Source of the DNA: an uncultured Pseudohongiella sp.
GTDB lineage: Bacteria > Pseudomonadota > Gammaproteobacteria > Pseudomonadales > Pseudohongiellaceae
Reading direction: 5' to 3'
Assembly: GCA_965230125.1 (NCBI GenBank)
Contig: OZ245938.1
Location: 1,613,535-1,677,534, forward strand
DNA length: 64,000 nucleotides
Shown here: positions 51,291-59,372 of the stretch, one piece after another
How positions within the stretch are numbered: the first letter of the stretch is position 1
Layout: each line of letters starts with the position of its first letter
Program-made: the position numbers and the translations under genes
The notes under the pieces: model-generated
Told to the model about the DNA's origin: nothing
Databases searched by the model: none
Seen by the model: the letters and a program-made list of their open reading frames with translations, nothing else

Positions 51291-52472
51291 ATGGCTGAGG
51301 AAGACGAACAGGAACTGGAGCTAGAGGAAGCGGAGCCGCCCGAGGAGTCGCCCCCGGAGGATTGCCCGCCGTGTAAGGCGGGGGCGCCTGCCTGGATGGC
51401 AACATTCGCCGACATGGCGACGCTGCTGATGGCGTTTTTCGTGCTCATCCTGTCTTTCGCCCACGTCAATGTGCCCAAGTACAAACAGGTCAGCGGATCC
51501 ATGCGCATGGCGTTTGGGGTGCAGACGCAGATACCGGTGATCGAGCCACCCAGCGCGGATAACATTATTGCCACCCAGTACCGCACTGCCAGGGTCGATC
51601 CCACACCGGTCCAGACAGTTGAAGAACAGAAAACCGAGCAGCCGCAACCGGAGGATGTCGAGCTGAGAAATGACACCGGGCCCGGTGAATCGGAGACCAA
51701 TGCTGCCGAACAGGCGTTGGAGCAGGCGCTGGCTGAGCAACTGGCGCAGGGCAGGGTGCGGATCAGCACAGCAGACAACAAGGTGCAGGTGGAAATTGTG
51801 GATCGCGGTCAGGAAGGACTGCGCGATTCTCCCGATGCAGGTGGTCCAAGGGGTCAGGTAGACCAGGATACGCTAGAGATCTATGCCCGGGTTGCTGCGG
51901 CGCAGACCGAAACCGATAGCCTGATCGAGGTAATCGATCCGCGTTTTGCCGAAACCACAGTTCAGCAGCAGAATGCGAGCGCCAGCGGTGCCGGTGCGGC
52001 GGTTGGCAGTTCACCGCTTGATGATCAGTACCAGCAGATCCGCGCCAATCTTTCGGAACAAATCCGTGACGGTCTCGCCGAGGTGGAGCGCGATGGCGAT
52101 CAGATCATTATCCGGCTCGCTGAGCAGGGCACCTTTGACAGCGGACAGGCAGAATTGAAACCGGAGTTTTTCACGCTGATCAATACGGTGGGTGCGTCAA
52201 TTTCCGGCACCCAGGGGCGGATCAGCGTCGAGGGGCACACCGATAATGTGCCCATCGGCTTTGGCAGTCGCTATCGATCGAACTGGGATTTGTCAGCAGC
52301 CCGCTCCGCCGCAGTAGCAGACTATCTGGTCAATAATGATTTTGTGCAGGCTGGTCGGGTCAGCATCAAGGGTTTTGCTGACTCACGACCGCTGGCAGAT
52401 AATGACAGTGCGATCGGCCGCGCCAGCAATCGCCGGATTGAAATCATTATCAATGGCTCTGGCAGCAGTTAA
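51291..52472 (+). CDS. pomB: PomB/MotB-type stator protein, paralog 2 (393 aa)
   Basis: CPPCKAGAPAWMATFADMATLLMAFFVLILSFAHVNVPKYKQVSGSMRMAFGVQTQ includes a plug region close to my recollection of Vibrio PomB. OmpA-like C-terminus EGHTDNVPI...SNWDLSAARSAAV...NRRIEIII. Confidence 0.85.
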   Translation: MAEEDEQELELEEAEPPEESPPEDCPPCKAGAPAWMATFADMATLLMAFFVLILSFAHVNVPKYKQVSGSMRMAFGVQTQIPVIEPPSADNIIATQYRTARVDPTPVQTVEEQKTEQPQPEDVELRNDTGPGESETNAAEQALEQALAEQLAQGRVRISTADNKVQVEIVDRGQEGLRDSPDAGGPRGQVDQDTLEIYARVAAAQTETDSLIEVIDPRFAETTVQQQNASASGAGAAVGSSPLDDQYQQIRANLSEQIRDGLAEVERDGDQIIIRLAEQGTFDSGQAELKPEFFTLINTVGASISGTQGRISVEGHTDNVPIGFGSRYRSNWDLSAARSAAVADYLVNNDFVQAGRVSIKGFADSRPLADNDSAIGRASNRRIEIIINGSGSS

Positions 52473-52502
52473 TCCCGTTGTGTGCGCGCTGCCGGAGGCG
52501 GA

Positions 52503-53273
52503 TCAGGCGGGGCAATCGCTCAGCCCGTCACCGAGACAGTTGTTGATAACAGCGTCCGCCTCGGCAACCTCATCATCTTCCAGCAAAATCACTGCCACCG
52601 CAGACACGTCGCCGGCATCAGTGAAACCGCTACGTTCGGCAATCGTGGCCCACACGTAGGCGCCAAACGGGTTCGATTCGTCCGCGCCTTCGCCCGCCTG
52701 CAGCATGTAGGCGTACATGAACTGGGCGTTCACCGAGCCTTGCCGAGCCGCCTTGAGAAACCAGCGCCGTGCTTCACGGTAGTCCAGGTCAACACCCTTG
52801 CCTTGCTGATAGGCCAGGCCCAGCATGTACTGCGCTGGCACGATGTCCTGTTCAGCAGCCTGGCGGAACCAGCGCACCGCCTCGCGCGGATTTTCCGCCA
52901 CCCCGTAACCGTTGTAGTACAGCAGGCCGATATTGTGCATGGCCTCCGGTAGGTCATTGTCGGCGGCCTGGCGATACCACCGCATGGCCGTGGTGTAGTT
53001 CTGTGCGACTCCCAGGCCTTCTTCATACATATGGCCAATATTGTTTTGCGCTTCGGGCACGCCGGACTCTGCCAGTGGCTGCCAGGCGCGAATGGCGGTG
53101 GCAAAATGGCCACGATCTTTGGCGGCCACACCGGCTTCCAGACTGGTTTGTTGAGCCTGGGCCGGCGCAGATAGTGTGCAGGCGACTGCCAACGCCAGTA
53201 GCAGTATGCGCGGCAGCGACCCGGGTTTGGCGCTGTTATCGGCAGGACCGAGAGCGACAATTATGTCAGGCAT
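52503..53273 (-). CDS. secreted Sel1-repeat (SLR) protein, MotX candidate
   Basis: At least four Sel1 repeats (AQNNIGHMYEEGLGVAQNYTTAMRWYRQAA, AMHNIGLLYYNGYGVAENPREAVRWFRQAA and others). Signal peptide present. Lies next to pomAB. ATG 53273 is preferred; GTG 53285 is the alternative. Confidence 0.75.
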   Translation of the reverse strand: MPDIIVALGPADNSAKPGSLPRILLLALAVACTLSAPAQAQQTSLEAGVAAKDRGHFATAIRAWQPLAESGVPEAQNNIGHMYEEGLGVAQNYTTAMRWYRQAADNDLPEAMHNIGLLYYNGYGVAENPREAVRWFRQAAEQDIVPAQYMLGLAYQQGKGVDLDYREARRWFLKAARQGSVNAQFMYAYMLQAGEGADESNPFGAYVWATIAERSGFTDAGDVSAVAVILLEDDEVAEADAVINNCLGDGLSDCPA

Positions 53274-53288
53274 AGAGTGGTTCACTTA

Positions 53289-54983
53289 TTAACTCCTTTC
53301 CAGTTGGCGCACGCTATTCTGAACTTGCAACACCGCCTGGAACAGATCACCTTCGGTAACTACCCCAAGCACGCGACGAGAATCGGCAGCCAGCACCGGG
53401 ATGCTCTCGCCGACAAAGCGGCTTACCTTGTGCATAACTTCCGCGAGGCTTTCCGACTCGTTAAAACACAGCGGGTTTCGGTCCAGGCAGCTGGCAATGG
53501 GTTCGCTGCCGGCATTGGCGCTGTCGAACACTGTGACTTTGCCCAGCAACTGTTGTTCGGAGTCGACGATATAGGCTTCAGTAAACGGTCCTTCAGCCAT
53601 GCGCCCCATCAATTCATGGCCGGTGAGACTGTCGGGTACACTCAGGTATCGCGCTCCCACGTAGTCGCCAACCCGACTTTTGTCCAGGGCCAGGGATTCG
53701 CGACCCATGCGCAGGTCGATGCCCCGGTCCAGCAGCTGTCGATCAAAATAGGATTGGCCGAACAGGCGGTGGGTGAGCAAGTTGCTGATAATGACCGCAA
53801 TCATTGCCGCCACGGCAAAGCCATAGGAGCCGGTCAACTCCAGCACAATTAGTACTGCTGAAATGGGCGCGCCGATCACGGCGGCGCTCACCGCGGCCAT
53901 GGCGGCCACGCTGATCACCTCATCCAGGCCGGTTATGCCGAAGCCAGCCAGTAGCTGCGCAACAATGGCGCCGGTGGCCACGCCCACAAACAGGGCCGGA
54001 GAAAACACGCCGCCGAATAAGCCAAAGCCGATACACAGGGCGGTCATCACCAGCTTGCCAACCAGCAGCGCCAGCAGCAGATTCAGGCTGGCATCACCAG
54101 CGATCATGCCGTTAATGCCGTCGATACCGATACCCAGGATCTGCGGCAGAAAAACACCGGTAGAACCACAGATCAACGCGGCCAGAACCGGCAGGGTATT
54201 GGCTGACAGTGGCAGGTGTTTGCCGAGCGCGGTGGCGCCGCGCAACGCCGTCATAAAACTGATGGCCACCAGTGCGGCCAGTGGGCCCAACAGCAGCAGA
54301 ATCGGTGCGAGCTGTACCAGCGGCGGCACGGACTGATGGATCTGGAAGGTGGTGCCGCTGCTGCTGAAAAACAGGCTGTCAAACGTACTGGCGCTGATGG
54401 CGGCTATAAAGATCGGAGCAATGGCCCGCGGGGAAAAATGGCGCAGGACTGCCTCATGAGCAAACACCACGCCAGCCAGTGGCGCGTTAAAGCCGGCAGA
54501 AATTGCTGCCGCCACGCCGCAACCCAGAAAAATATCCTGAGAGAGCAAGTTGCCAAACACCCGCCGCAAGGCGCAACCCACTGTGGCGCCAAAGTGGACC
54601 ACCGGTCCGTACTGGCCCACCGAAGCGCCGCCGGCAGCGGAGATGAATGCCGCCAGAGTGGAGCCCGCGCCCTGTTTGATATCCAGACGGTGCTGAACAT
54701 TGTGTGCGGCGTAGATGCTGTCTGCAGGACCAGCCCAGGCGCCAAGGCGCAGCAGCCTGCGCAACCCGATGACGGCCAGGGCAGCCAGCAGCAGAAAAAT
54801 GATCGGTGCCAGGGAATAACGGCCCCAGGGCAGGCCTACGCTCAACAATTGGCTGGACTCGCGCAACACCTTGGCGGATTGCACACCGAGTACGAACAGA
54901 TTGGCTACCACCGCCATCAGCAGACCGATAAAGCAGCCCACCAGCAGGATGATTAACAGTTCTTTGAATATCCGATATGACAT
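53289..54983 (-). CDS. ClC-family chloride channel/antiporter with C-terminal CBS pair
   Basis: Polytopic protein with selectivity-type segments GGASVGQYGPVVHFG and GVFSPALFVG, plus two CBS-like modules at the C-terminus. Start ATG 54983 (MSYRIFKELL...). Confidence 0.85.
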   Translation of the reverse strand: MSYRIFKELLIILLVGCFIGLLMAVVANLFVLGVQSAKVLRESSQLLSVGLPWGRYSLAPIIFLLLAALAVIGLRRLLRLGAWAGPADSIYAAHNVQHRLDIKQGAGSTLAAFISAAGGASVGQYGPVVHFGATVGCALRRVFGNLLSQDIFLGCGVAAAISAGFNAPLAGVVFAHEAVLRHFSPRAIAPIFIAAISASTFDSLFFSSSGTTFQIHQSVPPLVQLAPILLLLGPLAALVAISFMTALRGATALGKHLPLSANTLPVLAALICGSTGVFLPQILGIGIDGINGMIAGDASLNLLLALLVGKLVMTALCIGFGLFGGVFSPALFVGVATGAIVAQLLAGFGITGLDEVISVAAMAAVSAAVIGAPISAVLIVLELTGSYGFAVAAMIAVIISNLLTHRLFGQSYFDRQLLDRGIDLRMGRESLALDKSRVGDYVGARYLSVPDSLTGHELMGRMAEGPFTEAYIVDSEQQLLGKVTVFDSANAGSEPIASCLDRNPLCFNESESLAEVMHKVSRFVGESIPVLAADSRRVLGVVTEGDLFQAVLQVQNSVRQLERS

Positions 54984-55132
54984 CTTTGTTGCTTTGCAGC
55001 GCAGTCTGACCAGCACCCGATCGGTGGCATCTTTCCGCCGCCAGGGCGCGACTGCCGCGACGCTGGAGGTGCTGCAAGAAATCGATAAGAAGGCGCTCTA
55101 GACCGGCTCTGGCAAGGGGCAACAATAACCGA

Positions 55133-55543
55133 CTAGAGCACCTGATCGAACAACACTCCCTTGAGCGCTTCGATATTGTGGGCCACGCGTAATACGGCTT
55201 CCGCGGGCACCTGGCGGATCACTTCGCCGTTGCTCTGGTCGGTGACTACCACCAGATAGCGTTTCGAGACCTCATCCACCGAAAAACTTAAATCCTTTGG
55301 TCCTTTGGCCATGCGCTCGTTGAGCGTTTGTATGGCCGCGTCAAGTCGCTCGCGAATGCCTTCCATGGTGGCCGCCGAGCGCGATCGCTGGTCGAGAATC
55401 CGCGAGTTGACCTGCTGCAGCGACTGCACGGCCTGCTCGGCCTTGCCGGTCGCGACTGCCGACTCGCTGCGCGTCTTGCTTGAGCCGGTATCAGCCGCCA
55501 CCACTTTGGCCGATGGCGAGGCGGTAACATTCACATCGCTCAT
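55133..55543 (-). CDS. flaG: flagellar protein FlaG
   Basis: C-terminal LSFSVDEVSKRYLVVVTDQSNGEVIRQVPAEAVLRVAHNIEALKGVLFD is the FlaG pattern. Lies downstream of fliC. Confidence 0.8.
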   Translation of the reverse strand: MSDVNVTASPSAKVVAADTGSSKTRSESAVATGKAEQAVQSLQQVNSRILDQRSRSAATMEGIRERLDAAIQTLNERMAKGPKDLSFSVDEVSKRYLVVVTDQSNGEVIRQVPAEAVLRVAHNIEALKGVLFDQVL

Positions 55544-55594
55544 TGTGCCTCCCTCCCTAGCTCAGATTAAGTACATTACTGTATCAAAGGGTCG

Positions 55595-55625
55595 CAAAAG
55601 CCGGGGCGGCGTCAACCACCCCGGC
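55595..55625 (-). terminator. rho-independent terminator after fliC
   Basis: The minus-strand RNA has GCCGGGG, a 12-nt loop, then CCCCGGC followed by UUUU. The plus strand shows AAAA at 55596-55599 and stems at 55600-55606 and 55619-55625. It lies 23 bp after the fliC stop. Confidence 0.6.
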
Positions 55626-55647
55626 GGCTTGCGACTTGAAGCGCCGC

Positions 55648-56841
55648 TTACTGGAGCAGGGCCAGGACCGACTGCTTCACCTGATTGGCCTGGGCCAGCA
55701 TCGCGGTGCCAGCCTGGGCGATAATCTGGGTGCGCGCCAGTTCAGTGGTTTCCGCGGCGTAGTCCGCGTCTGTAATCTGACCTCTGGCCGACTCGGTATT
55801 CATTGATATATTGCTAAGATTATCAACGGTGTGCGTGAGGCGGTTTTGAAAAGCACCCAGGCTGGCTCGTTGTGATGAAATATTGGCTATCGCCGTATCG
55901 AGTGTCGTGATAGCTGTACTGGCGTTGGACTGGGTGGTGATGTCGCCAGAGACAGATGTTGCGTCAGTAGCGCCAGCCATCACCTCGACTGAATAGGGAT
56001 TGTCGACATCTACACCAGTCAATGTCAGTGTATTTGTACCATCTACGCTCGCTGCAGCATGTATTGTTCCTTGCATGCTGGTGTTGGAATTGATCATGGC
56101 TGCCAGATTTGTAGCAAGCAGATCGCCAACTCCGTCATCATTATTATCGCCGCTGTTCGCTAAGTCGGCTACGTCGGCTGCCGTGACTGTGTAGTTAAAG
56201 GATTGGTCACCTATAGTAAGGGAAACGGTTTCATCGGCGGCCATGCCGCTGTAATCAGTGGCAAAGTCAAGAACAGAAACCTGTCCGTTAGTTCCGTCCG
56301 GTGCGGTAATGGTAGCCGCAATAGCTGTTCCGTTAGTTCCAGCTGATCCGGCGATATCCGAAATGGCAACTGCCATGGTTTGTGTTGCTTCGGAACCTAT
56401 CTGAAAGGTAAAACTCGCAGTGCTGCCATCCAGCAAGAGCATGTCATTGAACTCAGTCGTATCCCTGACCCTGGTTATTTCAGTAGCCAGAGCCTGAAAT
56501 TCATCATCCAGATAACCACGATCATCTGCGCTGTAAGTGTCGCTTGATGCTTGAACAGCGAGCTCTCGCATCCGCTGCATCATATTTGTTACTTCATCCA
56601 GCGCACCCTCAGCAGTCTGAAGTAAGGATGTTGCATCGTTCGCATTTCGAACCGCCTGGTCCAGCCCCCGGATCTGAGAAGTCATCCGCGAAGAAATCGC
56701 GAGGCCAGCGGCGTCATCTTTGGCGGAGTTGATGCGCTGGCCGGTGGATAGCCGTTCCATCGCGGTGCTCATCGTGCGTTCGTTCCGGGTCAGCGCATTG
56801 GCCGCCAGGGTAGCTGAGACATTGGTATTGATTGCAGTCAT
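55648..56841 (-). CDS. fliC: flagellin
   Basis: N-terminus MTAINTNVSATLAANALTRNERTMSTAMERLSTGQRINSAKDDAAGLAISSRMTSQIRGL. C-terminus DADYAAETTELARTQIIAQAGTAMLAQANQVKQSVLALLQ. Confidence 0.95.
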   Translation of the reverse strand: MTAINTNVSATLAANALTRNERTMSTAMERLSTGQRINSAKDDAAGLAISSRMTSQIRGLDQAVRNANDATSLLQTAEGALDEVTNMMQRMRELAVQASSDTYSADDRGYLDDEFQALATEITRVRDTTEFNDMLLLDGSTASFTFQIGSEATQTMAVAISDIAGSAGTNGTAIAATITAPDGTNGQVSVLDFATDYSGMAADETVSLTIGDQSFNYTVTAADVADLANSGDNNDDGVGDLLATNLAAMINSNTSMQGTIHAAASVDGTNTLTLTGVDVDNPYSVEVMAGATDATSVSGDITTQSNASTAITTLDTAIANISSQRASLGAFQNRLTHTVDNLSNISMNTESARGQITDADYAAETTELARTQIIAQAGTAMLAQANQVKQSVLALLQ

Positions 56842-56960
56842 TCTGGTTACTCCGTTACGTTGTCATAAAAGTACTGATAACGACCACTCACCTTCGCATT
56901 AGTCCTGTCCGGTCGCGATCATGAGACCGGTTCGTCACCGGGAATATGCCGTTAACAAGA

Positions 56961-56988
56961 CGTTCGACACTTGGCTGAACGATCTTTA
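56961..56988 (-). promoter_or_regulatory. candidate sigma28 promoter for fliC
   Basis: The minus strand reads TAAAG-ATCGTTCAGCCAAGT-GTCGAACG, about 120 bp upstream of the fliC ATG. It shares AAGTGTCGAA with the flgM site. Confidence 0.6.
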
Positions 56989-57107
56989 TAGGCTGAGCCT
57001 GGAGAACTACTGGAGAATTACAGGTGGCGCCTTATGCATATAAGCAATGCCGCAACCGCGTTATCGGCGGAATAGAAGCCCCGGCGGTGTCAGCTTGCTG
57101 CCCGCTC

Positions 57108-57135
57108 TAAAGTTATGCCTGGCAAAGTCCGAATG
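57108..57135 (+). promoter_or_regulatory. weaker sigma28-type promoter candidate for fliS
   Basis: TAAAG-TTATGCCTGGCAAAG-TCCGAATG, 45 bp upstream of the fliS ATG 57180. Confidence 0.4.
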
Positions 57136-57179
57136 GCGAAGAAATGGTAAATGTGCAGGGAGTTGTACTTGTGAATATA

Positions 57180-57578
57180 ATGGTAAAAAACGCACTATCG
57201 TCCTATCAGGACGTTGGCTACACGGCCAGTGTGGACTATTCCGATCCTCATCAGCTGGTGGGCATGCTGTTTAATGCGCTGTTGGAGTCGCTGGCTGATG
57301 CCAGACGACATCTCTCTGCTGCAGATCTGGTCAGCAAAGGTCGCAGTATCGCCCGCGCCCAGAAAATTATTTATGGTTTACGCAGCACGCTGGATTTCAA
57401 GCGCGGCGGTGAGCTGGCGCGGAATCTGGATGCCTTGTATGACTACTGTTTGCGGCGCCTGTCGCTCGCCAATGCGGAAAACGATCCGGCGGTGCTTGCG
57501 GAAGTCGCCAGTCTGCTCGGTGAGATCAGTGAAGCCTGGCATTTAATGCCTAACCGGGTGTTTCCTGAGCAGCAGTGA
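57180..57578 (+). CDS. fliS: flagellin-specific chaperone FliS
   Basis: MVKNALSSYQDVGYTASVDYSDPHQLVGMLFNALLESL...AQKIIYGLRSTLDFKRGGELARNLDALYDYCLRRL is the FliS four-helix pattern. Confidence 0.85.
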   Translation: MVKNALSSYQDVGYTASVDYSDPHQLVGMLFNALLESLADARRHLSAADLVSKGRSIARAQKIIYGLRSTLDFKRGGELARNLDALYDYCLRRLSLANAENDPAVLAEVASLLGEISEAWHLMPNRVFPEQQ

Positions 57579-57750
57579 CGGGTAGTCAGTGGTCTGCGGG
57601 TCGTGCCTGGCCGATACAGTCTGATACCAATTTTTCGGCAATTGGGGCTCTTTGCAGATTGTCATCCACCGGTTAGTCAGTAGAATTGGATGCCCCTGTA
57701 CGTCATAACAAGAGTCGTCTGGCTCCAGCTGACCATGCCCTGGAATCGCA

Positions 57751-58864
57751 ATGCGCAACAATCATAGCTTGCTGCTCGGTGACTGTCCCGCAATGCTGGA
57801 GCTGAAGGCGATGGTTGCTGCCTGCGCGCCCAGCAATGCGTCAGTACTTATCCGAGGCGAGACTGGTGTCGGCAAGGAAGTGGTCTGCAGGCAATTACAT
57901 GCCATGTCAGGTCGCGCCCAGCAAGCTTTGGTAGCAATTAACTGTGGTGCGATTCCCGGCACGTTGCTGGAAAGCGAGCTGTTTGGTCACCGCAAAGGAG
58001 CCTTTACCGGCGCCCTGTCGGATCGCATTGGCCGTATCGAGATGGCCGAGGGCGGCACCCTGTTTCTGGATGAGATCGGCGATATGCCGATGGATCTTCA
58101 GGTCAAGCTGCTCCGGGTGCTCGAAGATCGCTGCGTTGAGCCGCTTGGCGGAGGTGAATCCCGTCCGGTTGATATCCGGGTCGTCTACCCACCAGAATCT
58201 GGCTGCCATGGTGGAGCGTGGTGAGTTTCGCGAAGATCTCTACTATCGACTGAATGTCATTCCGCTGACCATTCCGCCGTTACGGGATCGCGGGGTGGAC
58301 ATCGCGACCCTGTGCCGCCATTTTACGGAACTGCACGCCAGTAACGGCAACGCCATCAGCTTTACTGCGCGATCCCAGCACGTGCTGGAACAGTATGGCT
58401 GGCCCGGCAATGTTCGGGAAATGTCGAACCTCATCATGCGTTTCAGTGTGCTGTTCGCCGGTAATCGCATTGATCTTGCCCAGGTTCCCCAGTCAGCCAT
58501 GCCCGAAGCGCTGGTGCGCCTTACCACAGATATGCTTACCCCACTGGATCCCGGCCCCGATGTAGACGAGCTGGACCTGCTGAAACGGCTGCCGACTGAA
58601 ACGACGCCGGCGGCCGTTGAATCAGCACCAGACTCGGACGACTGGACACCGCAGCAGGCCGAAGAACTGGTGGCTCTTGCTCAGGGCCGGCGCGATCTGC
58701 CCAGCCAGGGCATTGCCACCAAGCAGATTCTTCAGGATCTGGAGAGTAACTTCATCAAAGTGGCGCTGAACCAGGCCAATGGTAATGTGTCCAAGGCGGC
58801 CATGTTGCTTAAGTTGCAGCGCACCACACTTATTCAGAAAATTGAAAAGTACAATCTGAGTTGA
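57751..58864 (+). pseudogene. sigma54-dependent enhancer-binding protein (FleQ/FlrA position) lacking an N-terminal regulatory domain, interrupted by a frameshift
   Basis: Frame 1 (57751-58224) encodes Walker A GETGVGKE, GAFTGA and Walker B TLFLDEIG, ending ...VDIRVV. The sequence [22 protein letters not shown]...GWPGNVREM and the HTH GNVSKAAMLLKLQRTTL continue in another frame to 58864. The shift lies near 58183-58190. Confidence 0.8.
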
Positions 58865-59323
58865 TGCGAGATCGAATCTATAGATAACCGCGACTCGGCT
58901 CACGCCTCGATTTCTTCTGTCTGTCCGCTCATTTGTTTTACCTCCTCATTATTTTAACTCCGCGCGTAACTTGAGCTAACAAGCCGCGACTTCAATTATT
59001 GTCGTCGAGCCATCACGGTTTCTCGTTTCTTGCGCCACTGGTCATATTAAGGTACGACCGGTTAGAAACATTCGAAACAATGAAGACAATTGATCACAAA
59101 ACTCTTTTTAACATTGCTTACTAAAACATCAATATACCGAACGCACGGCGAAAAAAGCTTTTATTGGATGCTTAAAAGTAACAGGGCCATGTAACCCACA
59201 AATAGGTAACCAACAAAATGGTGTTTATAAAAAGTGGCAACCAGTTGCGCGTTAAAGATTAATAGCTGTCATAAAAATGGCAGCCGTTTTTTTAGCTATT
59301 GAAAAACAAGGAGAAATATTCAC

Positions 59324-59339
59324 TGGCACGGTGATTGCA
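59324..59339 (+). promoter_or_regulatory. sigma54 (-24/-12) promoter upstream of the second activator gene
   Basis: TGGCAC-GGTGA-TTGCA is a full match to the TGGCAC-N5-TTGCW consensus, 34 bp upstream of ATG 59373. Confidence 0.7.
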
Positions 59340-59372
59340 GGTACAGATTAGAACGTCAGTTATTTAACGGCC

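Noticed and set aside
57061-57068. A canonical sigma28 -10 box GCCGATAA (minus strand, read as TTATCGGC on plus) about 220 bp upstream of fliC.
   Set aside because: There is no TAAA-type -35 element at the required 15-16 nt distance (plus strand 57084-57088 is GCGGT). The TAAAG-N15-GTCGAACG site at 56961-56988 fits better, though a secondary promoter cannot be excluded.
57610-57617. GCCGATAC on the plus strand between fliS and the first activator gene, considered as a sigma28 -10 box.
   Set aside because: No TAAA-like -35 at the proper spacing (57591-57594 is GGTC). A master regulator would not be expected to depend on sigma28.
59235-59248. TGGCAA-CCAG-TTGC upstream of the second activator gene, considered as an additional sigma54 promoter.
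   Set aside because: The spacer between the -24 and -12 blocks is one nucleotide too short (N4 instead of N5), and sigma54 tolerates almost no spacing change. It is kept only as part of the candidate enhancer motifs.
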